Made by a program: the position numbers and the translations under genes. Positions 54,390 to 62,242 of a stretch of 64,000 bases of DNA are shown in pieces. A model generated the notes under the pieces. The model ran no database searches. It worked only from the letters and a program-made list of their open reading frames with translations, and had not been told where the DNA came from. The stretch's first letter is position 1, and every line of letters begins with the position of its first letter. Source of the DNA: an uncultured bacterium (lineage in GTDB: Bacteria > Bacillota > Clostridia > Oscillospirales > CAG-272); contig CASDOQ010000048.1 of assembly GCA_949282345.1 (NCBI GenBank), forward strand, positions 17,309 to 81,308, read 5' to 3'.

Positions 54390-55300
54390 CCTTTGAGGGA
54401 CGGATCCTTTGCGGGGTCGGCGGGCTGTACGAAGTGCGTCTTGTGCGGGAGGGTCTGCCCGAGCATATCTTTTGCCGCGCACGCGGTTCCCTCAAAAAAA
54501 ATGACGGCAGGCTCCTGTGCGGGGACACGGTGCGCGTCTCGGAGGAGAACGGCGAGGCGGTGATCGACGCCTGCCTCCCGCGGAAAAACAGCCTGATCCG
54601 GCCGCCGCTTGCCAATCTGGATTTTCTTTTCCTTGTGACGGCGGCAACCAGCCCGGCCCCTTCGTATTCCACGATCGATAAGCTGACGGCCATTGCCGTC
54701 CATAACGGCATCCGGCCGGTGGTGGTCGTGACGAAAGCAGACCTTTCGGCCGAACTGACCGAAAGGACTGAAGCCATATACCGCAGTGCCGGGTTCCCGG
54801 TCTTTTCGGTAGCGGCCGGCGGCGATATTTCGACGCTTTCCGCGTATATTGCCGGAACGGTCCGGGACGGCGTGTGCGCCGCCTTCGCCGGGGCTTCCGG
54901 AGTTGGAAAGTCCACGCTCATGAACCGCCTTTTTCCGCATCTTTCTCTGACCACCGGAGAAGTCAGCCGTAAGATCGAGCGCGGCCGGCACACGACCCGC
55001 AGCGCGAAGCTCTACGAGATCGGGGACGGCGAGCAAGCCGGTTTTTTAGCCGATACGCCCGGTTTCAGTATGCTGGATTTTCTGCGCTTTGATTTCTTTA
55101 CGCTCGACGATCTGCCGTCCACGTTTCCCGAGTTTTTGCCCTTCTACCGGGAGTGCAGGTATGCCGACTGCACGCATACAGGAGAACGCGAATGCGGCGT
55201 GGCGCAGGCCGTCCGGGACCAAAAGATCCCGGCATCCCGGCATGAGAGTTATTGCGAACTCTATAAGATCCTGCGCGAAAAAGCACACCGTTACGATTGA
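54386..55300 (+). CDS. rsgA: ribosome small-subunit-dependent GTPase A
   Basis: Circularly permuted GTPase (VVTKADL, GASGVGKST) with a C-terminal zinc knuckle (CRYADCTHTGERECG). Confidence 0.92.
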   Translation: MTFEGRILCGVGGLYEVRLVREGLPEHIFCRARGSLKKNDGRLLCGDTVRVSEENGEAVIDACLPRKNSLIRPPLANLDFLFLVTAATSPAPSYSTIDKLTAIAVHNGIRPVVVVTKADLSAELTERTEAIYRSAGFPVFSVAAGGDISTLSAYIAGTVRDGVCAAFAGASGVGKSTLMNRLFPHLSLTTGEVSRKIERGRHTTRSAKLYEIGDGEQAGFLADTPGFSMLDFLRFDFFTLDDLPSTFPEFLPFYRECRYADCTHTGERECGVAQAVRDQKIPASRHESYCELYKILREKAHRYD

Positions 55301-55443
55301 TCCCCCGCCCGACGAGGGCGGACAGCGGGTTTTTGGGAAAGAAAGGCCGCAAAGAGCGGCGGAACGTAGACCAGTCTGAAACAAAAAGACGCAAAGCGAT
55401 CGTCTTCGGAAGTCAGACGCTTTTCGAAGCGCGCATTTGCGGC

Positions 55444-55476
55444 AAAAAGCCGGTGCAGAGTCTGCACCGGCTTTTG
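55444..55476. terminator. bidirectional terminator between rsgA and hpf
   Basis: GCCGGTGCA / TGCACCGGC stem flanked by AAAAA and TTTT. Confidence 0.8.
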
Positions 55477-55489
55477 AAATCGTTTGGAG

Positions 55490-56011
55490 TTATTCCGGCA
55501 GGATCAGCCCGTACCCCTGATCGCACCGTTTATAGACAACGCCGACTTTTCCGCTATCGGCGTCCGAAAAGACGAAAAATTGGTGTTCCAGCAGATTCAT
55601 TTGGAGAATGGCTTCCTCCACCGTCATCGGCTTCAGGGAAAAGGTCTTCCGGCGGATCAGGGGCAGTTCCTCCTCGATCTCCTCTTCGGCTTCTCCGAGC
55701 GAACGGACGAACGCGCCCTCGCGGATCCGTCTTTCGAGCCGGGTCTTGTTTTTCCGTATCTGCCCTTCCAAGGTCTCAACGGCGCGGTCCAGCGCGTTCT
55801 GGAAGGTCTCGTCCTCTTCTTCGCTCCGATAGAGGGTTCCGCCGTAATTTATCGTAATTTCCACGATCTTGTCCTGCCGCCGCGTTTTGAAGGTGACGTA
55901 CGCGGTCGTGTCCGCGCCGAAATAGCGATCGAACTTGGCGAGCTTCTTTTCCGTCAGTTCCAGAAGCGAATCCCGGACGTTCATTTGTCGTGCAACCGTT
56001 GTGATCTTCAT
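55490..56011 (-). CDS. hpf: ribosome hibernation-promoting factor (long HPF)
   Basis: 173 aa with a sigma-54-modulation/RaiA-like N-domain and a C-terminal dimerisation domain (...VVYKRCDQGYGLI). Confidence 0.9.
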   Translation of the reverse strand: MKITTVARQMNVRDSLLELTEKKLAKFDRYFGADTTAYVTFKTRRQDKIVEITINYGGTLYRSEEEDETFQNALDRAVETLEGQIRKNKTRLERRIREGAFVRSLGEAEEEIEEELPLIRRKTFSLKPMTVEEAILQMNLLEHQFFVFSDADSGKVGVVYKRCDQGYGLILPE

Positions 56012-56144
56012 AGTGTTACCGCCTTTACTTGAATTTTCGGAGGATTTCCTCCTTACGCTTTTATTATAGCATTTTTTCGAGTAAAAATAAACAGTTTTTT
56101 ATGAATATCTTTTAATTTTTTGTTGCAAACGTATAGATTTTTCG

Positions 56145-56183
56145 ATAAAAAACGGCCGATATCGCCAGGGCGAACGGCCGGTT
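56145..56183 (-). terminator. terminator of the kinase-like/PqqD/S26 operon
   Basis: On the minus strand: CCGGCCG...CGGCCG stem followed by TTTTTTATCG. Confidence 0.6.
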
Positions 56184-56708
56184 TTATTTTTTTTGCAGAC
56201 GGCGCGTGATCGATGCGGCTCTCCGGCGCGCGGGGAAAGCGAGGCGAAGGAGCGCGGCGTGCGGGCGGGAAAGCTTTTTTTCTCCCCGAAAGAGGCAGAC
56301 GGCCGTGGCGAGGATCTCTTCCCGGCAGACGGTTTCGGTATCGGAGGAGGCGTGGGCGTCTCCGTGCAGGAGGAAAAGCCCGTCTTTTTTTCCGATCACC
56401 CGGTGCAGGATATAAGAGCCGTTCGGGATTTTTGCCAGCACGATATCGCCGCGTCGGACGGTCTCACAGCGTCGGAGCAGGACCGAGTCTTTTCCCTCGC
56501 GCAGGAGTGGGAGCATACTGACTCCGCGCGGCCAAAGGCGGAAGCATCCGCCGGCGTTCAGGACTTCAGAGATCAGCGGCATCAATTCGTCGAGTGAGCG
56601 CTTCTCAAGTTCTTTCGGGGGCGCGGGCACTTTTTTCCCTGCTGTTGATCCTTCGGTTCCGTCAAAGGGGTGATCTTGGGGGCTTTCCCCGGGCAAAGGG
56701 GCACTCAT
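56184..56708 (-). CDS. S26B (SipW/Sec11/archaeal-type, Ser-His) signal-peptidase-fold protein with no membrane anchor
   Basis: GVSMLP (Ser box), RRGDIVL, ILHRVIG (His box in place of the bacterial KR) and HGDAH. The 60-aa hydrophilic N-terminus has no TM segment. ATGA overlap with the PqqD gene. Confidence 0.7.
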   Translation of the reverse strand: MSAPLPGESPQDHPFDGTEGSTAGKKVPAPPKELEKRSLDELMPLISEVLNAGGCFRLWPRGVSMLPLLREGKDSVLLRRCETVRRGDIVLAKIPNGSYILHRVIGKKDGLFLLHGDAHASSDTETVCREEILATAVCLFRGEKKLSRPHAALLRLAFPARRRAASITRRLQKK

Positions 56709-56971
56709 CCGGCGAGGAACCCGCCTTCCCGCAAGCGGGCACAGAAGGCGGCTACGTCGGCCGCCGCGGCCTCCTCCGTGATGTCGTATTCGCGGAGCAG
56801 AGCCGCCGTCAACGCCTCCTCCGTCGTATCCTCGCTGAGCAGGCGGAAGAGAAATTCGGCAGTTTCATTCAGCCGGATCATCGAGCCGAGTTTGGCCAGT
56901 TCGGGTGCGGCGGCAACGGCGTAGGTTTCTTTCCCGATGCGGTGCAACTGAAATCCGTTTTTGATCTTCAC
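56705..56971 (-). CDS. PqqD-family protein (RiPP recognition element-like peptide chaperone)
   Basis: 88 aa with ...LNETAEFLFRLLSEDTTEEALTAALLREYDITEEAAAADVAAFCARLREGGFL, the typical PqqD layout. GTG start overlaps the upstream stop (GTGA). Confidence 0.75.
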   Translation of the reverse strand: MKIKNGFQLHRIGKETYAVAAAPELAKLGSMIRLNETAEFLFRLLSEDTTEEALTAALLREYDITEEAAAADVAAFCARLREGGFLAG

Positions 56972-57693
56972 GGTACGATACCATCCTTTACGAAAGTGTC
57001 ATAGGCGCACTGTGCGGCCTCGGGCCTTTTGGTGCAGAGAAAGCGGTAGACGGGCAGGGTCTCGAGAAACGAGGAAAGCAGGGGCAGGAGGGCGGAAAGT
57101 TCGCCCGGATCGAGCGGCGCCTGCACAGAGGAGAAGAGCAGGGGGAAGGCTTCCTCCGCCCGCAGGGGAAGGAGGCAGTCACGGTCGCTCCGCTCCAAAA
57201 AGCAGACGGCGCGCACCGGGGCAGAACCGACCGACCCGTGTCGCTCTTTCCCGCAGAAGGGGGTCCCGTAACCGTAAAAACTCTCCCCCCGCCGCCGGAC
57301 GAGCGGTTTATCGCCGTTGATATAGCGGAAGATCTCGGGATAGGCGGCGCGCATCAGCTCGGCCTGCGTGCTTTTTCCGGTGCCGCTCGGCGCGGCGTAG
57401 GCAATCCCCGCCCCCGCCAGTGTGAAAAAGGCGGCATGGAAGAGAAATCCCCCCTTTTGCACCAGCAGGTGGGAGATCTTCCGATAGAGCGCGAGTGCTT
57501 CCAGATATCCGAGGCGCGCCGTTTTGTCGCTCGGCAGACCGCCGGCCGCCTCTTCGGCAAGGATCTCTTCTTCACTCACCTGCAGGGGGATGGCGTCGGG
57601 AGCGTCCCCGGCAAACGGGGCATAAAGGAGTTCTGTATGCGGATATCGATTCTCAAGACGGAGCGGAATATCCGCTAAACGGCAAAGAAGCAT
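56968..57693 (-). CDS. HPr-kinase-C-terminal-like P-loop protein (putative peptide/protein kinase)
   Basis: 241 aa with Walker A APSGTGKST. Size and layout resemble the HprK-related kinases found next to PqqD-like genes. Strong RBS AGGGAGG. Confidence 0.6.
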   Translation of the reverse strand: MLLCRLADIPLRLENRYPHTELLYAPFAGDAPDAIPLQVSEEEILAEEAAGGLPSDKTARLGYLEALALYRKISHLLVQKGGFLFHAAFFTLAGAGIAYAAPSGTGKSTQAELMRAAYPEIFRYINGDKPLVRRRGESFYGYGTPFCGKERHGSVGSAPVRAVCFLERSDRDCLLPLRAEEAFPLLFSSVQAPLDPGELSALLPLLSSFLETLPVYRFLCTKRPEAAQCAYDTFVKDGIVP

Positions 57694-57711
57694 GATACCT
57701 CCCTGGCAGGA

Positions 57712-57750
57712 TATGCAAAAACCCGTTGGGAAACAACGGGTTTTTATTTT
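57712..57750 (-). terminator. hairpin terminator/attenuator between the mini-lipoprotein gene and the three-gene operon
   Basis: ACCCGTTG / CAACGGGT stem with T-runs on both sides. Only about 20 nt separate it from the next RBS. Confidence 0.7.
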
Positions 57751-57776
57751 GCTATCGATCGGTTGGCGCGAAGGGT

Positions 57777-57992
57777 TCAGTCGTCAACGCCTTTCCATTC
57801 CGATTGGTCGGGATCGGGATCTCCGGCAGGCGTACTCGCCGTGGTCGTGGGCGGGACGGTGGGATCCTTCAGGGCTTTTGTAGTGACAGCGGTTGTGGTT
57901 GCGGTGTCGCCGGTACAGTCGCACGAACCCATGAACACGGCCATGGAAAGCAGAAGCGCAAGAATCAAAACAAATACAGTGAGTTTTTTCAT
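57777..57992 (-). CDS. 71-aa pre-lipoprotein with a Thr/Pro-rich, acidic-tailed mature region
   Basis: Signal peptide MKKLTVFVLILALLLSMAVFMGS|C (lipobox-like). The mature 48 aa contain 12 Thr. Consensus promoter upstream. Confidence 0.65.
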   Translation of the reverse strand: MKKLTVFVLILALLLSMAVFMGSCDCTGDTATTTAVTTKALKDPTVPPTTTASTPAGDPDPDQSEWKGVDD

Positions 57993-58031
57993 GGGTCTAC
58001 CTCATTCGAAAGAATATTGTTTTCCATATGA

Positions 58032-58061
58032 ATTATACCATCTCACCCTCGGCTTTGTCAA
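58032..58061 (-). promoter_or_regulatory. near-consensus extended -10 sigma-A promoter of the mini-lipoprotein gene
   Basis: On the minus strand: TTGACA, 18-nt spacer (ending TGg), TATAAT. Confidence 0.7.
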
Positions 58062-58212
58062 TACTTTTTTTCCCGGTGGGGAAAGTCTATGCTTCTTTCA
58101 TAAAAACCGAAAGCGTTTTTTGGTCAAAAAAACAAAAGAGTCTGTATGAAGACGCAACCGCGCGGACAGAATTCCATAAAACAATACGAGGAAAGGAATA
58201 AGGGGTATAAGT

Positions 58213-59502
58213 ATGGCGGTATCGGAAAAAATCGGGAAGGGCGAACGGACACTCCGGGAGGACGTCGGGCAAGAGGACGGGCGTTTTTGCGCTCTTTGCG
58301 GGGAGGTCCTGCGGGCGGGAGGCGCGCCGCTCTTTTCTCCGCCGTCCTTTTATCCGGCCACGGTCGGATTCCTCGGGATCCTGGAGGCGGTCCGCACGGC
58401 GCGCCGGAGCGTATATCTCGAATATTATCGCATCCGGGGCGGCAGGGCCTGGCAGATGCTCCTTCCCCTGCTCCTCGACCGGGCAAAAGCCGGCGTCCGG
58501 GTATGCGTCAGTTGCGATGCCTTCGGCTCACGCCCTGCCATGGGACGGGAGGATATACGTGCCCTGCGTGCGGCCGGGGCGGAGGTCAGGTTTGGATACC
58601 ATCAGGGCGGCTCCTTCTTAGCACGCGACCATCGGAAGATCGCGGTCGTTGACGGGCGGATCGCTTTTCTCGGCGGATTCAATCTGGCGGATGAATATTT
58701 CTCCCCCGATAAGATCCGCGATGCGGCTTTCTGCCTTCGGGGGGAAGGGGCCGTGGCCGCCGAGTGGCTCTTCCTCCGACGGTGGGCGCGGGCCGATCTG
58801 TCCGCTTTCCGGCGGGAAAGCGCGGATGTGCCGGATTTTTCGGGAGAGCTGCCGAACCTTCGGGAAAGACGGCGCGACCGTGCAAAGACCGAGCCCGCCC
58901 CGGCTATCGGGTCGGCCTTCCGGGCGGGGCGCATGGCGGGGGTTCGGCTTGCCCCGATCCTGCAGACCGAGAGCGGCGGGGAACTCTTCCCGTATCCGGC
59001 GGCCTCCGGCCGTCTCCCCGTCCGCAAATCCCCCTCTCCCTGCGGCTATCTCTTCGGCGGGGGGCCCCGTGCGCCGATCGGGGAGCGGGTCATGGTGTCT
59101 CTTTTTGATGCCGCGCGCGAATCGGTCACGATCCTGACGCCCTATCTTTTCCCGACGAAGCCTGTCCGCGAGGCGTTGTACCGCGCTGTGCGACGAGGCG
59201 TGAATGTCCGGCTGATCCTGCCTGCCCGTTACGATATCCTCCCCGGGGCGCTGCTCAGCCGTTCGTGGTACCGTCCTCTTTTGGCGGCGGGAGTGCGCCT
59301 GCGCGCTTATCGCGGCGGCTTTTTGCACGAAAAACTCATTCTGATCGACCGCTGCGCCGTCCTTGGCGGAAGTTATAACCTTGACCGCATCAGCCTGCGG
59401 ATGAACTACGAGGACGGTCTTCTGCTTTTTGACCCGGCGGCGATCACTCCCGTTTTCGACCACGTGGCCGAAACCGAAGAAAAAACCTTTCCAATCTTCT
59501 GA
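58213..59502 (+). CDS. phospholipase-D-superfamily protein (cardiolipin-synthase-like, two HKD motifs, no N-terminal TM helices)
   Basis: HRKIAVVDGRIAFLGGFN and HEKLILIDRCAVLGGSYN motifs. Confidence 0.8.
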   Translation: MAVSEKIGKGERTLREDVGQEDGRFCALCGEVLRAGGAPLFSPPSFYPATVGFLGILEAVRTARRSVYLEYYRIRGGRAWQMLLPLLLDRAKAGVRVCVSCDAFGSRPAMGREDIRALRAAGAEVRFGYHQGGSFLARDHRKIAVVDGRIAFLGGFNLADEYFSPDKIRDAAFCLRGEGAVAAEWLFLRRWARADLSAFRRESADVPDFSGELPNLRERRRDRAKTEPAPAIGSAFRAGRMAGVRLAPILQTESGGELFPYPAASGRLPVRKSPSPCGYLFGGGPRAPIGERVMVSLFDAARESVTILTPYLFPTKPVREALYRAVRRGVNVRLILPARYDILPGALLSRSWYRPLLAAGVRLRAYRGGFLHEKLILIDRCAVLGGSYNLDRISLRMNYEDGLLLFDPAAITPVFDHVAETEEKTFPIF

Positions 59503-59648
59503 CCGGCGCGCCTTTTACGGGGAGGCGAGAAAAGAGAGGAATGACGAAAAGAAGCGAAAGGCGGGATAAGACGAGACGAAAAACGCAAAGAAGGAAAGAG
59601 AAAAATCATGTTTGCCCGCCGTATGTCGCCGCTCGGCGGCTTTTTTTG

Positions 59649-59677
59649 TTGACAAAGCGCGAGCGGTGTGGTATCCT
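59649..59677 (+). promoter_or_regulatory. sigma-A-like promoter of the flavin reductase/ABC pair
   Basis: TTGACA, 17-nt spacer (ending TGg), TATCCT. A hairpin plus T7 terminator lies just upstream. Confidence 0.55.
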
Positions 59678-59723
59678 TGAGTGCAGAGACGGGGATCGAC
59701 CCCGGGAAAGACCACAGGAGTAC

Positions 59724-60323
59724 ATGATGGAAGAAAAAAACGAACGAATACTGCTTCAGCCGTCCACGCTGCTGGCGCCCGCCCCGGCGGCTCTCGTCAG
59801 CGTGCGGTGCGGAGAAGAAGAGAATCTTTTGACCGTTGCCTGGTGCGGGATCGTAAATTCCCACCCGCCGATGACCTATATTTCGGTTCGCCCGGAACGC
59901 CATTCCTACCCCATGCTGAAAGAGAGCCGGGAATTCGTCCTGCATCTGACGACGGCGGCGCTCTGCCGCGCGGTCGACTACTGCGGGATCTACACCGGCG
60001 CCAAGGTCAATAAATTTGAGAAATGCGGTCTGCATCCGATTCCGTCGCGCGCGGTGGCGGCCCCTACGCTCGAAGAGGCGCCGCTGGCGCTCGAATGCCG
60101 CGTCCGCGAGATCCTCCCGCTCGGTTCTCACGATATGTTCCTCTCGGACATCGTGTCGGTGACGGCGCGGCCCGAACTTTTTGACGAGCGCGGGCGGCTC
60201 TGCCTGGAGCGCGCCGGGCTTTGCGCCTATGCGCACGGGGAATATTACGCCCTCGGCAAATTTCTCGGAAAGTTCGGCTTTTCCGCCGCGCGCCGCGGAA
60301 AGAAGGGGGAAAAGAAAAAATGA
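59724..60323 (+). CDS. flavin reductase-like (FMN-binding split-barrel) protein
   Basis: 199 aa with ...LLTVAWCGIVNSHPPMTYISVRPERHSY.... ATG follows GGAG. Confidence 0.75.
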   Translation: MMEEKNERILLQPSTLLAPAPAALVSVRCGEEENLLTVAWCGIVNSHPPMTYISVRPERHSYPMLKESREFVLHLTTAALCRAVDYCGIYTGAKVNKFEKCGLHPIPSRAVAAPTLEEAPLALECRVREILPLGSHDMFLSDIVSVTARPELFDERGRLCLERAGLCAYAHGEYYALGKFLGKFGFSAARRGKKGEKKK

Positions 60324-62242
60324 AGTGGCCATTGATACGCCGTTTTTTCGGATATTACGCGCCCTACCGACGGCTTTTTTTCCTCGATCTTCTCGCCGCC
60401 GTGCTTCTTTCGGCATGTAACCTCGTCTATCCGATCTTTTCGCGCTCGATCATCAACGTGTATATTCCAAACGGCAACCTGCGCATGATCTTTTTGTTTG
60501 CGGGACTTCTGCTGACGGTCTATCTCGCCAAGACCGGTCTTACTTATTTCGTTTCGCGTTTCGGGCATTACGTGGGAGCCGAAATGCAGGCGGATATGCG
60601 GCGCGACCTCTTCCGCCATATGGAAAAACTCCCGTTTTCTTTCTTTGACAACAACAAGACCGGGAGTCTGATGTCGCGGATCACCAACGACCTGTTTGAC
60701 ATTTCGGAACTGGCGCACCACGGCCCGGAGGATCTCTTGGTCTCGGTCCTCCTTTTTATCGGTTCTTTTATCTTGATGGCGGGGATCAATCTCCCGCTGG
60801 CCTGTATCAGCATGGCGATCGTGCCGGTGATGGTGCTCTTTGCTACGTCGCGTCGGAGCAAAATGCGCAAGGCTTTCCGCCGGAGCCGGGAGGAGATCGC
60901 GGAGGTGAACGCCGAGATCGAAAACAGCATTTCCGGCATCCGCGTGAGCCGCGCATTCACTTCGGTTGCTACCGAGGAAAAGAAATTCGATGAAGCCAAC
61001 GGCCGTTTCCTCTCTTCACGCAAGACGGCCTATGACGCCATGGCGGAATACCACGCAGGACTCGGGCTCTGCACCGATCTTCTCAATGTGATCGTTCTGC
61101 TGGCGGGCGCGCTGTTTGTCCTGAACGGAAGAATCAATTACGGCGACCTTGTCGCGTTCTTACTCTATGTGAACATATTTGTTCAACCGATCACCAAGCT
61201 CATCAACTTTTCAGAACAACTGGAAGACGGAATGACCGGCTTCACCCGGTTTGTTGAGATCATGGACACGCCGCCGGAGGCAGACAGTGATGGCGCCGCC
61301 GTTCTCGGCCCGGTGAAGGGAGAGATCGAATTTCAGAACGTGAGCTTTTCCTATGGGGAAGACGAGGTTTTGCACGATATTTCGGTCCGGATCCCGGCAG
61401 GGAAAACGCTGGCGCTGGTCGGTCCTTCCGGCGGAGGGAAAACCACGCTTTGCCATCTGCTCCCCCGGTTTTACGAGTTGTCGGGCGGCCGGATCCTTCT
61501 GGACGGGCAGGACATCCGCTCGGTCACGCGGGAATCTTTGCGCCGGAATATCGGGATTGTTTCGCAAGACGTTTTCCTTTTCAATGCCGATATTGCCGAC
61601 AATATCCGCTACGGCAAGCCTGACGCCACCGATGAAGAAGTGCGCCGCGCCGCGCGGCTGGCCGATATTGACGAATACGCCTCTTCTTTGCCGGAGGGGT
61701 ATCATACCATCGTCGGAGAGCGGGGCGTGAAACTTTCCGGCGGGCAGAAGCAGCGCATTGCCATCGCCCGCGCTTTCCTGAAAAACCCGCCGGTGCTGAT
61801 CCTGGATGAAGCCACCAGCGCGCTTGACAACATCACGGAACAGATGATCCAGAAGAGTCTTGCGGAACTGTCCGACGGCCGGACGGTCATCGTGGTGGCG
61901 CATCGCCTCTCGACCGTGCGCCGCGCCGATGAGATCCTGTATATAGATAAAGACGGGATCCGCGAACGTGGCACGCATGAAGAGCTGATGAAAAAGGCGG
62001 CTTGTATGCCGCCCTCGCCGGCCGGAACCAGGAAGAAGACCTTCTCCCGACCCCGGTCGGCTGATTCTGAAAAGAAAAACCCGCGCGCCGGCTCTTTGGA
62101 TAGAATTCTATCAAGCAGACGCTTGAAAAACAGAAACATTTCAGCAAAAATCCGCCCTCTGTGCAGAGGGCGGACTTTTTCACGCGGGAGAAAGATTATT
62201 TTCCGATGTCGGCCAGCATACGTTGCAGATTTTCCATGCTGA
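60320..62242 (+). CDS. ABC exporter (fused TMD-NBD, MsbA/MdlB-like); as sequenced, the 3' end is out of frame from about 61996 (native end probably 62064)
   Basis: Six TM helices, Walker A GPSGGGKTT, LSGGQKQR, and Walker B ILDEATS. The canonical tail GGLYAALAGRNQEEDLLPTPVG* appears only in the -1 frame after ATG-AAA-AAG. Confidence 0.85.
   Translation: MKWPLIRRFFGYYAPYRRLFFLDLLAAVLLSACNLVYPIFSRSIINVYIPNGNLRMIFLFAGLLLTVYLAKTGLTYFVSRFGHYVGAEMQADMRRDLFRHMEKLPFSFFDNNKTGSLMSRITNDLFDISELAHHGPEDLLVSVLLFIGSFILMAGINLPLACISMAIVPVMVLFATSRRSKMRKAFRRSREEIAEVNAEIENSISGIRVSRAFTSVATEEKKFDEANGRFLSSRKTAYDAMAEYHAGLGLCTDLLNVIVLLAGALFVLNGRINYGDLVAFLLYVNIFVQPITKLINFSEQLEDGMTGFTRFVEIMDTPPEADSDGAAVLGPVKGEIEFQNVSFSYGEDEVLHDISVRIPAGKTLALVGPSGGGKTTLCHLLPRFYELSGGRILLDGQDIRSVTRESLRRNIGIVSQDVFLFNADIADNIRYGKPDATDEEVRRAARLADIDEYASSLPEGYHTIVGERGVKLSGGQKQRIAIARAFLKNPPVLILDEATSALDNITEQMIQKSLAELSDGRTVIVVAHRLSTVRRADEILYIDKDGIRERGTHEELMKKAACMPPSPAGTRKKTFSRPRSADSEKKNPRAGSLDRILSSRRLKNRNISAKIRPLCRGRTFSRGRKIIFRCRPAYVADFPC
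62146..62180. terminator. bidirectional terminator
   Basis: TCCGCCCTCT / AGAGGGCGGA stem flanked by AAAAA and TTTTT. It lies inside the out-of-frame tail of the ABC ORF. Confidence 0.8.

Noticed and set aside
57692-57883. A 63-aa plus-strand ORF (and 57726-58149 ORFs) as alternative precursor peptides for the PqqD cassette.
   Set aside because: They are antisense to the well-supported mini-lipoprotein gene, lack an RBS, and run through the terminator hairpin.
58213-59502. The PLD-superfamily gene as a nuclease-type defence effector.
   Set aside because: Both HKD motifs have the cardiolipin-synthase-type context (H-x-K-x4-D ... GG/GS-x-N). The neighbours are metabolic or transport genes, and no defence-island hallmarks are present.
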